A stretch of 64,000 bases of DNA from Catajapyx aquilonaris (lineage: Eukaryota). Where the stretch lies: assembly GCA_000934665.2 (NCBI GenBank), contig KZ538481.1, forward strand, positions 1-64,000, written 5' to 3'. The notes beneath the pieces were generated by a model. The model had not been told where the DNA came from. It did no database searches and worked only from the letters and a program-made list of their open reading frames with translations. A program made the position numbers and the translations under genes. Of the stretch, positions 14,301 through 26,520 are shown piece after piece (position 1 is the stretch's first letter; the number at the start of each line of letters is the position of its first letter).

Positions 14301-16699
14301 ATGCATGCTTTAAATCCGCCTGCAAAATATTAACTAGTTAACACCCATTTGTATGGGACCACCAACTTACAAGGAACTACAACGAATCTGCCAGAAAGCA
14401 ACCCATACAACAGAACAGCACAGACAGACACACATTGACTGGATGCACATGGGACCCATCGCCATACGCCTGATACTACTTCTGGCGAAGAAATGACGTC
14501 CAGGAAAACATCCCTAACCAGATATGCGAATAACACCAGTGCAAATATACTCATGTATGACACACAAAAAGCTCTTCACGCCTGTTTTAATAGCAGCATT
14601 CGTGAATCCAGGTACATTTTCCAGTCAAAATCTACACTTCCTCTAATCATTACTTACGAGGTCGATTGTTCTTCGCAACTTAATATTGGCGACTGAATAC
14701 CACATAATAGTTATTAGCTCTTGATAGTACATACTAAGTTCCGTGTGTATGTGAGTATGTGTTAAGACTTACAATCATTTTTAAATTTATTAACACCTTC
14801 CTGAAATGAAATACTGTATCTTAACAGAGCAATATCTTGCGCTGCTGTTCAAACACGTCCAGGAGTTGTGGGACAATGAATACGACACTTCCGACCAATC
14901 CTTTCGACGAGCTGGTTATAGTATAGTTAGTTTAATGTTTTTCAGTCAAGTCTTTGGGTCGATATTAATCAAGGTGCAATACGCTGTCTCTACACCAGTG
15001 AATTGGTAATACATCATTTCATTAACTGTATGACACATATATGCAACTTGGACGGTAGCGAGTGTCTGAATGATCCAGTCCGGCGTTCCTGTACATTATT
15101 TTTGGTGTGGTTCTAATTGAATCTTTCCACTATGATTTGAGGAGTTATCCGCCAAATGGGAGCAGATGTCTTTCGCCCAATGTCTCGGGAGTATGCACAA
15201 TGACCGCATATGAGACACTGGAAAATATGTCAACAGTGTGAGTTGGGGCTCAAATGGGGGAGGAGGATAATTATATATTAATTAAATCAAGGCAATCAGG
15301 AGTTTTAAAAAGATATTAATTACATGAAAAATAACACCTTGCTCGTAAGTGCAAAAGACGTGAAAATACAGACAAGACAATACCAAAGAGTATCAGACAA
15401 ATCCCTCACATATGAGCATGTACCAACACGGTAAAAACAGGCCGAACAGGGTACTGAGTGAAAGCAGCCGCGGCCCGAAATGCTTCAGCAGGTGTCCAGA
15501 ATTATGCCAGTGTTCTTCCCCTATATTTATTGACGTATAAAATAGAGAAAATTCTGGTAATTGGCCATAGAAAAAACTATTTTACTCAATTGCGGCGACT
15601 TCCTTTGCACTCCCTTCACACATTCCTTTCTCCTAGTCATATTTCAACCAAATAGTCACATCTACAGTACACCAAGTTGGCTAGCCCCTCTACCCGTCAC
15701 CCTTTCCCTTCCTTCTGCTCATGATTCTCTTATATAAATATGGGAACTTATATAAATCTAGGCGCTGTCGATTATTATGAAATGTCTTGACAAGAACTTG
15801 TAATTTTATGAAGCTCTCGCAATCTGTTATTTTGCTTCATTGGTAGCTACACCAAGTTATAATATATAAGGAAACAATCACACCTGAATAAGCAACATTT
15901 AAACCATACGTACTTCCTCAAGGGAGTCATGGTTGATTCAGTTACATGCACTGTGCACACCCTATTAAGCGTCTAAAGAAAGTTGTGCTACTGGAACTCT
16001 CCTGTTTGCAACAGAAGGATGGTCATTACACTGTCTTTATCATTCAAGGGTCATTACATGCACGTTATTCGACATTTATTTGATTATAATAATTATATTC
16101 CTACATTAGTATGATACAAGCTAAAAGTGATAAGATATTATGTCCAATGCTACATCATATCTATCTCAATAATATAGAAAATATTATTGGAAATTATAAT
16201 AATCGGATGCCAAACTGTTGGTAACTTTAAGCCGATATAGCTCTCATGGTCACTGGAGAGAAGCACAAGACCCCTACCTCCCCCGACAATGCAATGGCAC
16301 AGTGGAGGGGACAAGGAAAAATTCACACAAAAAAGTAGGGCCATTCAGGTAGACGAGATGAATACAAAATGAACAACACTTGGACTATGGAGACAACCTG
16401 ATAAGACGTTCCACCCACCAGTTGTTTTGAAGAAGCATATTCCTATGCACCCCATGGAACCCCATGGAAAATGAGTAACAAGCAGCAATGACACCTCTGG
16501 AGTATTAAACAAAAAATTTGACAAGTCACTTTAGAAGATAAGGTAGTAACAAAAAGATACCAAACATGGCGAAGATTGTGGGTAGACGCATGGATATATC
16601 TAATGTCAAATCTGGTCAATCACATTTGCAGCAGCAGGATAATATTACAAACAAGGCCATCCTTGTCAAAGGCATAACCTAGATTCAAGAACACAGATG

Positions 16700-17947
16700 T
16701 CTCACACAAATCATTGAAGTAGACCTTGACAAAGAGGCTCATCTTTCGGAATGCAGCTAAATGCGAGTAGTTGAACACAAGTCAATTTACAAGACTAACA
16801 AAATAAAAATGGCACATTTTTGTAAATTCACGTTACAGTATTTGCCTCTCTAGTGGATGCAAAAAGAGCAATTAAACCCTCATTAAAAGTATATCAGATG
16901 ACGTCTCAGACATAGTCTAGATCATATTAATTGAACAAAAGCTCTACAAGACACTCAATTTAAAAACTCTACTATTCAAGAACATCATACGAATAGCTGT
17001 TGAAACCTAAGCCACCAAAAAAATTTGCATATTGGTTTTAAAAAGTAATAGGAAATAACCAGTTACATCCAAGAAAAACCTATTCGCACCAATAACATTG
17101 ATATTGGCATGGGAAAAGGCAGTATGCAAAATAGTAAATTAATATTAGTAATGATTTTACATGGGCTGAGGAATCACACTGAAGGTCAAATTACTATTTG
17201 AAGAGGAAGTGGATGGATCATTATTAAATGCATCCTATTTCACCTTATATAATTAAATTAACACGTGGATTAATCATGTATTTAAAAGATGTTATAAAAT
17301 ATAGCTGATCATCATACACACTTCAAAACATGGTTCCCTGGAGTGACATTAAAACCCAAGCACCGTATGTCAATACATTACCATACAATCATGCTGAAAA
17401 GTGGCCCCATGCATGGAATGAGCCGTTTCAAATTCGAGTTGAGGAATGCATTTTTCAAGAGGTCAGCATATGCGTCATGTAACTTTTTAAATATTATTAA
17501 AACACTTGCTACATGTAACCAGTACTTTCTTTCTCGCATGTAATGAATGGAAAGTTTTTGAAGACCCGTGTTGATGATGGTAACTGCAAGAGTGTTTCTG
17601 TTAGCGGTTTGTGTCATTTTCGTCACATGAGGAAGTAATTGTAACCAAGACAATCAGACAATATGGCCCAGAATACCGCATAGGCACATTTACTATACTT
17701 GATATGCAGAATTGCTTACTTAAATTCTGAAAAATGGAAAACCTTTTGTGACGTGAAGGAGGAGTGGTATTTTGTATGCAGTGCTTTTCACACCCTTCAT
17801 TTTGAGACACATTTTCTTGCATTTTCTGTTGTAGAAGACAAAGATATATTGTTGAGACATATTGATAAGATCTTGGACTATCATCCTCTTGATGGGCATG
17901 ACTGTGGTGGGATATTGTTAATAAGACTGAAATACTGGATATTTTAA
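16700..17947 (+). pseudogene. Degenerate CACTA/EnSpm-like transposase, C-terminal part
   Basis: LKPKHRMSIHYHTIMLKSGP...RFKFELRNAFFKRSA..SCNFLNIIKTLATCNQ (17343-17543) and FHTLHFETHFLAFSV...ILDYHPLD...IRLKYWIF (17699-17947) follow the recalled KPKHH..HY..GP..MRFE.KH..FK..NF.N...TLA.RHQ pattern. Multiple stops. The left boundary is approximate. Confidence 0.6.
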
Positions 17948-19549
17948 GTTGCATACTTTTCCTAAATAAATCCGTCATGTTTTTTTGGCATTTACTGCTT
18001 TTATTTTGAATGTGAAACAATCCTGTGCAAATGGGTATTTTTAATGAATAAGAAACTGGTACATTTTTATGAAAAGGCACACTTAACTGTCTTGTGGAGA
18101 AGATCTGTGCTATACGTTTTGTCTGAAGGCGTATGAAATGTATATGTGAATTGATAGTCAATGTTAACGGCACTGACACATTTTTTTTTTAATGTAACGA
18201 ATGATGTCTTTTCATACACAAGGTGTCATTGATGTTAATCTCTCCACATGGTACCTGGATGTGGAAACAAAATGTGTTTCATATGGAACGTGTTATGTAC
18301 CGGGAGGTATTTCGTATATATTGTTTGAACTATGAGGTTTCTTTTTCCTTCTTTTTTGCAGAACAAGCAGCGTATATAAAAGATTACAAAATAGTTTACT
18401 GTTTTCCAATATTTTGGCAACATAAATATGTACCGTGCTTCCTCCAGGGGGGTCACGATGCTGCAACGTCAGCACATCTGAAAATAGAGAAGAAAAGCAT
18501 GCAACAACAACCATTATTGCAGTTCAGACTAACCTGTATCTGGCATGAATGAAATTATTTCACTGATCTATTGTTCTCATGTTATGAGAACAGGGCGCAT
18601 GCAGGGTGATGCTGAGACAAAATTATGCTGTCATATACCTCCCCCAAAATATGTGTTGAATACAGAACCCAATCCAAGCCTCCACCTAATCCCCCTTCGC
18701 CTTCTGCGCCAGCCTTCCCCTGTCTTCCCGCCCTCGCCAGCAAAGCTCCCCGTACCCGTCTGCCCCCTTCTCTCTTACCTGCCCATGTCCAGATGGCCGA
18801 GATGAGGCCACAATAACTCTGGATTCCTGATCCATTCCTTCATGTTCCAAAAGGGGCGAGAAAGAGTGAAGAAAAATACAAGATGGCCGACGATATATCG
18901 ACAGAAAAAATATCGATATCGCATCATATAGGATATCGATACATCGAACCAAATGTACTTGTCAAAAAAAAAAAAAAAAGGCAAATTTAAAAAAAATATA
19001 TATATATTATTTAGCTCGAAATGCTATTTTGCAATATTGGCTTAGTTTCCTAATCAGCAGAAATTTCTTTTAAAATTTTTAATTAGCAGAGAACATAAAT
19101 TTTTCTCGTAAAACACTGCAGAAAATGGGACTGCATGTAGAGCTTCATACACTTTTTTTTTTCAACCCATTGAATTATTATTACGGTAATTGGTATTATT
19201 AATATCATCATCATCTTGTTGTTGTTATATTTATGCTTCACATTTGTGCAATACTCTCCAGCAGTTTCCAGTAAAGAAATTATGCTTAAAATAAGCAGGT
19301 ATTACTTCAAACGTCTGCTTTGTACTGTACATCAATGAAACCCACACATATAAGTTTGCATTAGAGACCGCAAGTACATAATTATGAACTATAAAAATGT
19401 AAACATCATTGACCTAGCCAGAAGCTATTGCGTATCCAACATACCCAACGTTACACTGCGGCTCAGGAGTGGAAATTTAAAAAAAGCATTTTCTTGCAAT
19501 TATTATCAGTTTCGCTCAATCAACGAGCAATAATCGCACAGGTCATTAA

Positions 19550-19706
19550 CCCTGTAATGCCCACTAATCTAAGTAATGCCCACTCTGGGTCATATCTGGC
19601 ACAACATTTAGTGCAATTTTTGCAACTTTTGCAATTTTTATATTTCCTGTAAGTGCCAAATTGCACTAAATGGTGTGCCAGATATGACCCAAGGGGCATT
19701 ACAGGG
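19550..19706. mobile_element. piggyBac-type MITE
   Basis: TTAA|CCCTGTAATGCCC ... GGGCATTACAGGG|TTAA, with internal inverted arms (gggtcatatctggcac / gtgccagatatgaccc). Confidence 0.85.
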
Positions 19707-20898
19707 TTAAATCTGAAAAGTACCGCAGAATAGCTTTGCAGCCACTATCACGTACTGCGACACAATTTTGTTCCACCTAAAACTGATGACATAAAAACTA
19801 ATTACTGTATTTTCAGGTATGCGCAATTCAACTAATGTGACAATAGATCCAATCACTTGCGGTAAACCCCAGAACAAGTGGTTGGACCTATGTACTTGTT
19901 CAGCGCTTACTTTTGGTAACACAACCAAGTCTTACGCTGGGTACAGTACACAATTTAAATAAGCACATTTTTTCCTTGTTATATTTTATATCCGCCAACA
20001 AATGACACAGCAACTTGACTGAAAGGAAAATTGTTATTATTTTGCCTTCACCTGAATGTTTGACCTGGGCTTGACCTTCTGAGGCTGACCTTGTGCCCTG
20101 ACCCCTGGCTAACAGCTTGGCCCAGTTCCTGCCCCATCGGGGGCCATGCAACGAAAGGAAATGCTCTGGAAGGAAACTCACGAAGTGTCACATTCGCCAT
20201 ATTTTTCTGGCAAGTTCCATTCGTGACGTCATCACTCTTGCATCATACTCTGTTTATCAAATCCGTTTAACTTTAATTAATGTTTAACCACACGTAAAAA
20301 TCAGATGGTACAATTGACAATTAAAGATCCGTTATTATATTTATTAAAACCGAGTTGTTGAAACATGATCGGAGTTAAGTCACCTTACAGGTGGACGCCA
20401 TTTTTCATCCAAAACAATGCAAATGATCAAACAACAACAAACATTATTTAAAAATTACAAAATTACATACTAATTTTTATAATCGTTGCGGGTATGTCAG
20501 GGTCACGTTATGTCCAAAGGTTCTTGTAAGTGCAACTGCATGACACATTGCGTTTATCTTCTCGGAAATGAATTATTATTTTCTGCACTTCTAAATGAAG
20601 GTTCTTAATTTAGTGGTAATGTTAAATGTGAGCATTAAAGTGCACTGGCTAATTTGGTTCCAACGGTTTACATCATTTTATATTTAAAAATCGTAGGGAC
20701 CTTCAGAAATTATTTGCAAATATGAAATTTCAGGCTGGAGGGGAGAAGAGGTCATTTATTAACAAAATTGAAATGAAAATGTTGCACTGAATGATGCAAA
20801 AACGAACATAGCAAACTTGATGCATTTAAACAATTTTAATATAATATTTTTACATGTTCATACTGCATAAATTATGCTTCCTCTAGAAACACTCAAAT

Positions 20899-21241
20899 CA
20901 GGGAGTATATACTACATAAGAGGCGCAAACATTCGATTTCCGCGTCTCTCTGTTTGGGGGCGTTGCCAAGGCTGGCGGCCATTTTGAAGTGTCGGGAACG
21001 CCAACGAGGTATAAATAGGGTACAGGCAAAAATATGGTCCGCCATCTTTGATTCGCGCGTGTTCTTGCCATGGCCGCCAAAACCATCAAAGATGGCGGAC
21101 CCTATTTTTGCCTGTACCCTATTTATACCTCGTTGGCGTTCCCCACACTTCAAAATGGCCGCCAGCCTTGGCAACGGCCCCAAACAGAGAGATGCGAACA
21201 TCAAAGGCGCCGGCAGAAGTTTGCGCCTCTTATGCTCCCTG
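20899..21241. mobile_element. Palindromic MITE (CAGGGAG termini, 7-bp TSD; P-element-like by TSD length)
   Basis: The whole element is an inverted repeat flanked by ctcaaat (20892-20898) and ctaaaat (21242-21248). A second copy is at 41887-42276. Confidence 0.85.
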
Positions 21242-21251
21242 CTAAAATCAT

Positions 21252-24200
21252 CTACTCGCCAAACTTCTTTCTGAATCCTCTCATCGCAAAGAGTGTTGCT
21301 GATACCATGATGATAAACCAAACAATAACGGAGACATAACCTGGCCATACAGTAGTGTTGTATATGGTCCATCCTCTAGTAAACATGCTTCTAAGAGCCT
21401 CGTTAACAAACGTGTTTGGATTCATGTAACAAAATAGTTTCAATGAAAAGAAGGAAATGCATTCCAAAGGCCACGCGACTCCGCTCACAAGGTGACTTAA
21501 AAATACTGCAGTTAGACCGCAGAACATTGTCGTGGTCAAAGTTGGACATAAGACTCCGATGAAGATTCCAAACATGCTGGAGGACAACCCATGCAAAATG
21601 CACAGAAGAAACAGCCAAGGAGAAGAGCTGTAGAAAGGAAAATGTAACAAAAAGTAAGGGACAAGAGTCATGCATATGGATGCGAAAATGATGATGAACA
21701 GTTGGGTTGCCAGTTGTGCCATGATGATCTCCCAGTGCCGAACACCTGAGCAGAAAAAATCTGTTATTAAAATCATATTGCAACCATATTCAAAATCAAC
21801 ATTACCGGCAACAACTATCCTCTGGACCATCCCATCTTCCTTTTCCCACACGAAATTAGCTGCTGTTGTTAATATAAATATTCCAAATATAGCACTGTAA
21901 AGAATACACTATTATATAGTGTGTATCTAATTATTCTAGAGGTTAACATACTTGGCCAGTACACCTGGGGCGAAGAAATGAGTAAACTCTACGTCGTTGG
22001 TCCCGTATATGGATTTTCCAAAAGTCAATGGTGCCACTCCCAACAGTGGGTTCATGCCGCATGTTGTAAGTAAATCTTCAGCAAAATTGGTGTATTTCAA
22101 AAGCAAGTGTCTCTGCACCATAAGTGCAATGTGGACATCTGCGTGTAATTTTTTTTTTTGGAAAATAATGAAATTAATTGATTGTAGGCCTACTTACTAC
22201 TCATGTCCATACGGAGAGTGAAGACCGAGTTAAGATAGGTTGAATTATCAACAGGAATTCCTGATAGTATCCTGTCTGAGACGCTGTCTGAATAGTTGGA
22301 TGGAAATGTAATGAAGCCCGCTATATCACCTTTGATAGCTGCTGATTCGGCTGCAGACTCGTCATAATATGGAATCTGAAAAATTAATAAAAATTATTAT
22401 ATTTAAAAACAATCGCTCCGTATTATAGTCTCCTGAAGTAGCCTACTTGTGCTCATTGCAAATGAATTACACTGATATAATTTAGTCCAGCATACGGTAA
22501 TTATTATCAAGTGGACAATTATTTAACCCTTTGCTGCCTACGGCCATCATATGATGTCTTCAGATTTGCCCTGACAACTTGGGACATTTTTAAACTCGTC
22601 AAATTCCGACCTCACCTATTTTCTTGAAATTCGGTGCATTGATAGCCCACCCCAAGGGATGAAAAACGCACCTATAGTGACCTGATGAAAGTGACCCTGT
22701 GACCCAATTTTGAGTGGGGCATAAAATTCCGCCCTCGCCGATTATCTTCAAATTCGGTGCATTAGTAGCCCACACCAAGGGATGACAAACCCACCTATAG
22801 TTCCCTGCTCGACATGACCCTGTGACCCATATTGGAGGGGACCTATGTCAATGCACCGAATTTCAAGAAAATTTGGGACTGGCACTTGCAAAGTCTCCCT
22901 TGTGATTCACTAAGGCGGGTAGTACATGTGCGCAAAAAAATGTAAGTGTGTATAACCTTGGTATAACCCCCGAATTTCAAGAAAATCGGTGAGGTTGGAA
23001 TTTGACCTCTGCCCTCATCAGAATTGGGTCACGAGGTCATTTTGATCAGGTAACTATAGGTGCATTTTTCATCCCTTGGGGTGGTCTACCAATGCACCGA
23101 ATCTCAAGAAAATCAGTGAGGTCGAAATTTTATGATTTGACCTGTGCCCCCCTCAAAATTGGGTCACGAGGTCATTTTGATGAGGTAACTATAGGTGCGT
23201 TTTTCATCCCTTGGGGTGGGCTACCAATGCACCGAATTTCAAGAAAATCGGCGAGGTCATAAAATTTCCGGAAAAGGGGGAAAAAAAACTCCGTCATCAA
23301 AGGGTTAAGATGTCAAACAACTTACCAAGTTTATCATATTTTTGTCCAGTCCTTGTAAATATCTACAACTCAGGTTCAGAAAGAGACAGTCGTCGTAAGG
23401 TATGCAGACTGGATCATGCGGCCATTCGTGGTTCACCACTGCTAGGTTAATATCATGAGGATTTGGTCCCACAGTGAAGCAGACAGAGACCATTATAACA
23501 GGTCCGATCATCAGAGAAGTCAGAGTGGGCCTAGAATAAAATGGGTATTACTTACATGACCTAAACATTGCTGCTGTTGTCAGATTCAGAATTACAAGTA
23601 ATCACGCCACAAGCGTGTTAAATTCTTCCTTGTCATAGCTCCGATGTTATTCATGGAAGAACCGGTTTTTAACTGACTGTTCGGATGCACTTTGGAGACG
23701 ATGTTCACGCCTCTCTCGGCCTTCTTCTCAAGATCAGTCAGGCTTTTCAAAGATGTGATATTGTCATCGTTCACACACAATGTCAGGAAGACATCTTCCA
23801 GTTTTGTAGCCCCGTACTGTCGCATGAGTGTGCCTGGTTCATCCTGTGCTAAAAGACGGCCATTTCTCATCATACCCACAGTGTCTGCTTGCCTTGCTTC
23901 CTCGATGTAATGAGTTGATAAAATGACTGTGGTTTTGTTCTCAATAGTTATTTGTCGCAAGTATTTCCACAACCTGTAGGAGTTTTTTTTTTAAAATTGA
24001 TATATGCATATTATCTTATAATTATAACTTACATTTGCCTCAAAATTGGATCCACTCCCACAGTGGGTTCGTCCAATATGAGCAGCCTTGGTTCATGGAG
24101 TAACGCAATTGCAAAAGACAACCTCTTCTGTTGTCCGCCGCTTTGTGATCCAACAATAGAAACAAATATTTAAAATAATTGACATTTTGAGAGTAAAATG

Positions 24201-25145
24201 TGCCGCAGGAAATCTCATCACTTGTCAAAAGGAGTTAATAAGGCCATATTTTTACAGGGGGAGCTGTTGGTATTGGCCTGCTCACTCTTTATGACACCAT
24301 TTTGTTTTTACTTCCTGAAGGTAAACATGAAGTCGTATTTACATGTCATTTACATGCCATATTTAAATCATATGTCGTTACAGATATAGTCCTCAATTCC
24401 CACTTTTTATTGATGTGGGAATATTACGAGCTAAATTACTTTATTACAAAAACTTTATGATAACTGCACATGCCATATAGTTATGTAACTAACTGAATGG
24501 CCCAATCTGGGGACTTTCCACACGCTTGTAAATAAACGAATGGGTTCACACAAAATGTGAATTTGGGTATTTTTATGGAATAAATTACTCGAGTATATGA
24601 TATCAACAATGCTGATTTAAATTTAAGTACAAACAATTAGTTCATTCATCATACCTGAGGGAGTATATGTTCCTGCTCTTTGGTGGAAGTTGCAGCAACT
24701 TGATCAGGAATGTAAGTTTCTTCTCGATGTCTGATTCACTCATTCCGTATATGCGACCGAAGTAGTAAATAATTTCCTTCACATTAATTGGCAAGGAAAG
24801 ACCTTTCTCTTGAGGCATATATCCAACCATTGGTCCTGGTACCCCACAGTCGGCAGCGTTGGGTTTTAGGCCAAATATTCGGATATGTCCAGAGTCCAAA
24901 TGCTTGTCCCCAACAATGCAGGAGAGCACAGTGGTCTTTCCGCATCCGCTGGCACCAAGAAGAGCGTATCTGCAATGTTAACCAGACTCATTAAAACTGA
25001 TTAATGTGCTTTACTCTTGAGTAGCAGAGAAAACTTACATTTTTCCTTCTTCCACTGTCATGTTGAATTTTCTAAGCACGTGAATTTTGCCGTACGATTT
25101 AATGGCATTGTAAAATATCACCGAATCGGCCTCAACGCTGTTCAT
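21252..25145 (-). CDS. ABCH: ABCH-type half ABC transporter, copy 1 (~686 aa)
   Basis: Exons 25145-25039, 24969-24655, 24140-24033, 23973-23596, 23530-23326, 22375-22198, 22138-21952, 21894-21806, 21745-21252 (2061 nt, all GT-AG). Motifs: Walker [10 protein letters not shown]-loop [25 protein letters not shown]-loop [11 protein letters not shown]-first topology, large extracellular domain and ABC2-type TMD with WPLE and TRGW. Start codon inferred. Confidence 0.9.
22527..23304. mobile_element. Non-autonomous piggyBac-type foldback element in a copy 1 intron
   Basis: TTAA|CCCTTTGCTG ... CATCAAAGGG|TTAA. Internal ~120-bp units occur twice forward (~22600-22845) and twice inverted (~22970-23260). 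Confidence 0.85.
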
Positions 25146-25637
25146 CGTCGCTTTACTTTTCCTATACTTAGGAGAGTTTTCAAAAACCTGAAAATGTTCA
25201 ACAATTTCTTGAGTACTCACCTGCTGCTGTGATAAACTGATGCTTTCGTCAACTATTCCTCCTGGAAACTACAGCGCAGTAAATTCCCCTGAACTCATAA
25301 CACTTCTCACCTACCCTCCTATATAGGGCTGTATATACTTTACAATATTGTTACTCCAGGGTATTACGGCTGATCTTTCCGGATCTTTCTTTTGTGTAAT
25401 ATTTTATGAATGATGATGAGGCCCATAAGGCACATCATATTCTGGTATTGCAGTATGGCGCGACATACACTGCACTTGTTCAATTTAACGCCATAGCAGG
25501 ATAATATTGCGACGGTTTTTCCACATTTAGAATATTATCCACAGTCACGCCATACACGTGTAAAATTCCTACTTTTAGCATGGCTCCAATGTGATACATG
25601 GAAAACCTGTTCTAAACCTACTCATCTGATGCACCAA

Positions 25638-26520
25638 GGCTTCTTCCCAAGCTCAGTCGGCCAGATATCAGGACTGTTGTTGGTGGCTATGTCGTCGTTG
25701 TCGTTCACACACAACGACAGGAAGACAGCGACAACAGCTTCTGTTGTCCACCACCTTGTGATCAAACGAAAGTTTAAAATAATATTGACATTTTGAAGGT
25801 TAATTTGATGCAGGGAAACGTAAATCGTCAAAAGGGATTATTAAGACACTATTTTTTATTATTTGGACATGTATCACTAATGACTATACGATAGTCACCA
25901 TGCACTTAGAAAAACATGTGTGTCATTTCATCAGTCACATGTCCAAGAATTTGGCTCCATTACAATTAATGGTAATTCGGCAAACATATCTATTATTTTC
26001 TCGCGAGCGATGCATGACCCCTAATTGAAACTGAACAAATTGAATCTTGTATGGGTCACAACTCCTGTCACCAAATATGGCTGCTCTTACACAAATACAC
26101 CACTAATATTTAGGGTCTAAACACTTGAACATGTTACTGAGCATGTGACCGATGGAATGCCACACACATGTTGTTCTGGGTGGATTTTAGAGAAGAAAAA
26201 TCCATAGAGGCATTCTACTCGCGTTTCTCTTTCATTTGATGTATATGTTGATTGGGTTTTGACCACTTTCAATAACCGAAAAAAATCAAAAAAGGCCCCA
26301 TATTCAAATTGACAGTAACTCAATTCGTGACGCATTCTGTCTTTGCTACTGCCTGAAGGTGACCTAGTATTCACACATTGCTCTTGAGATATGTTATTAC
26401 AAAGAAATCTTGCCACTCTCGTTTTTTGTTAATGTGGGAAAATACGAGCCAAATTATTTTATTACAAGGAAACTTCACGATGATTCCACATGCCATATTA
26501 CTATAATATAAATGGCTAAT
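25638..26520 (-). pseudogene. Collapsed ABCH relic (seventh copy)
   Basis: The linker-exon piece [29 protein letters not shown] is joined to a remnant of the GGQQK signature exon. It is followed by sequence matching the copy 1 intron (25775-25858 ~ 24170-24252; 26413-26500 ~ 24400-24480). Confidence 0.8.

Noticed and set aside
17601..18179. 192-aa minus-strand ORF
   Set aside because: It is antisense to the CACTA-like transposase relic and has no motif.
20893..21372. Overlapping ORFs on both strands (also 41813-42431)
   Set aside because: They are artefacts of a GC-rich palindromic MITE; the peptides mirror the inverted repeat.
25188..25220. 33-nt GT-AG micro-intron upstream of the copy 1 ATG
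   Set aside because: Both splice signals look good, but the length is below the other introns here and it cannot be supported without transcripts.
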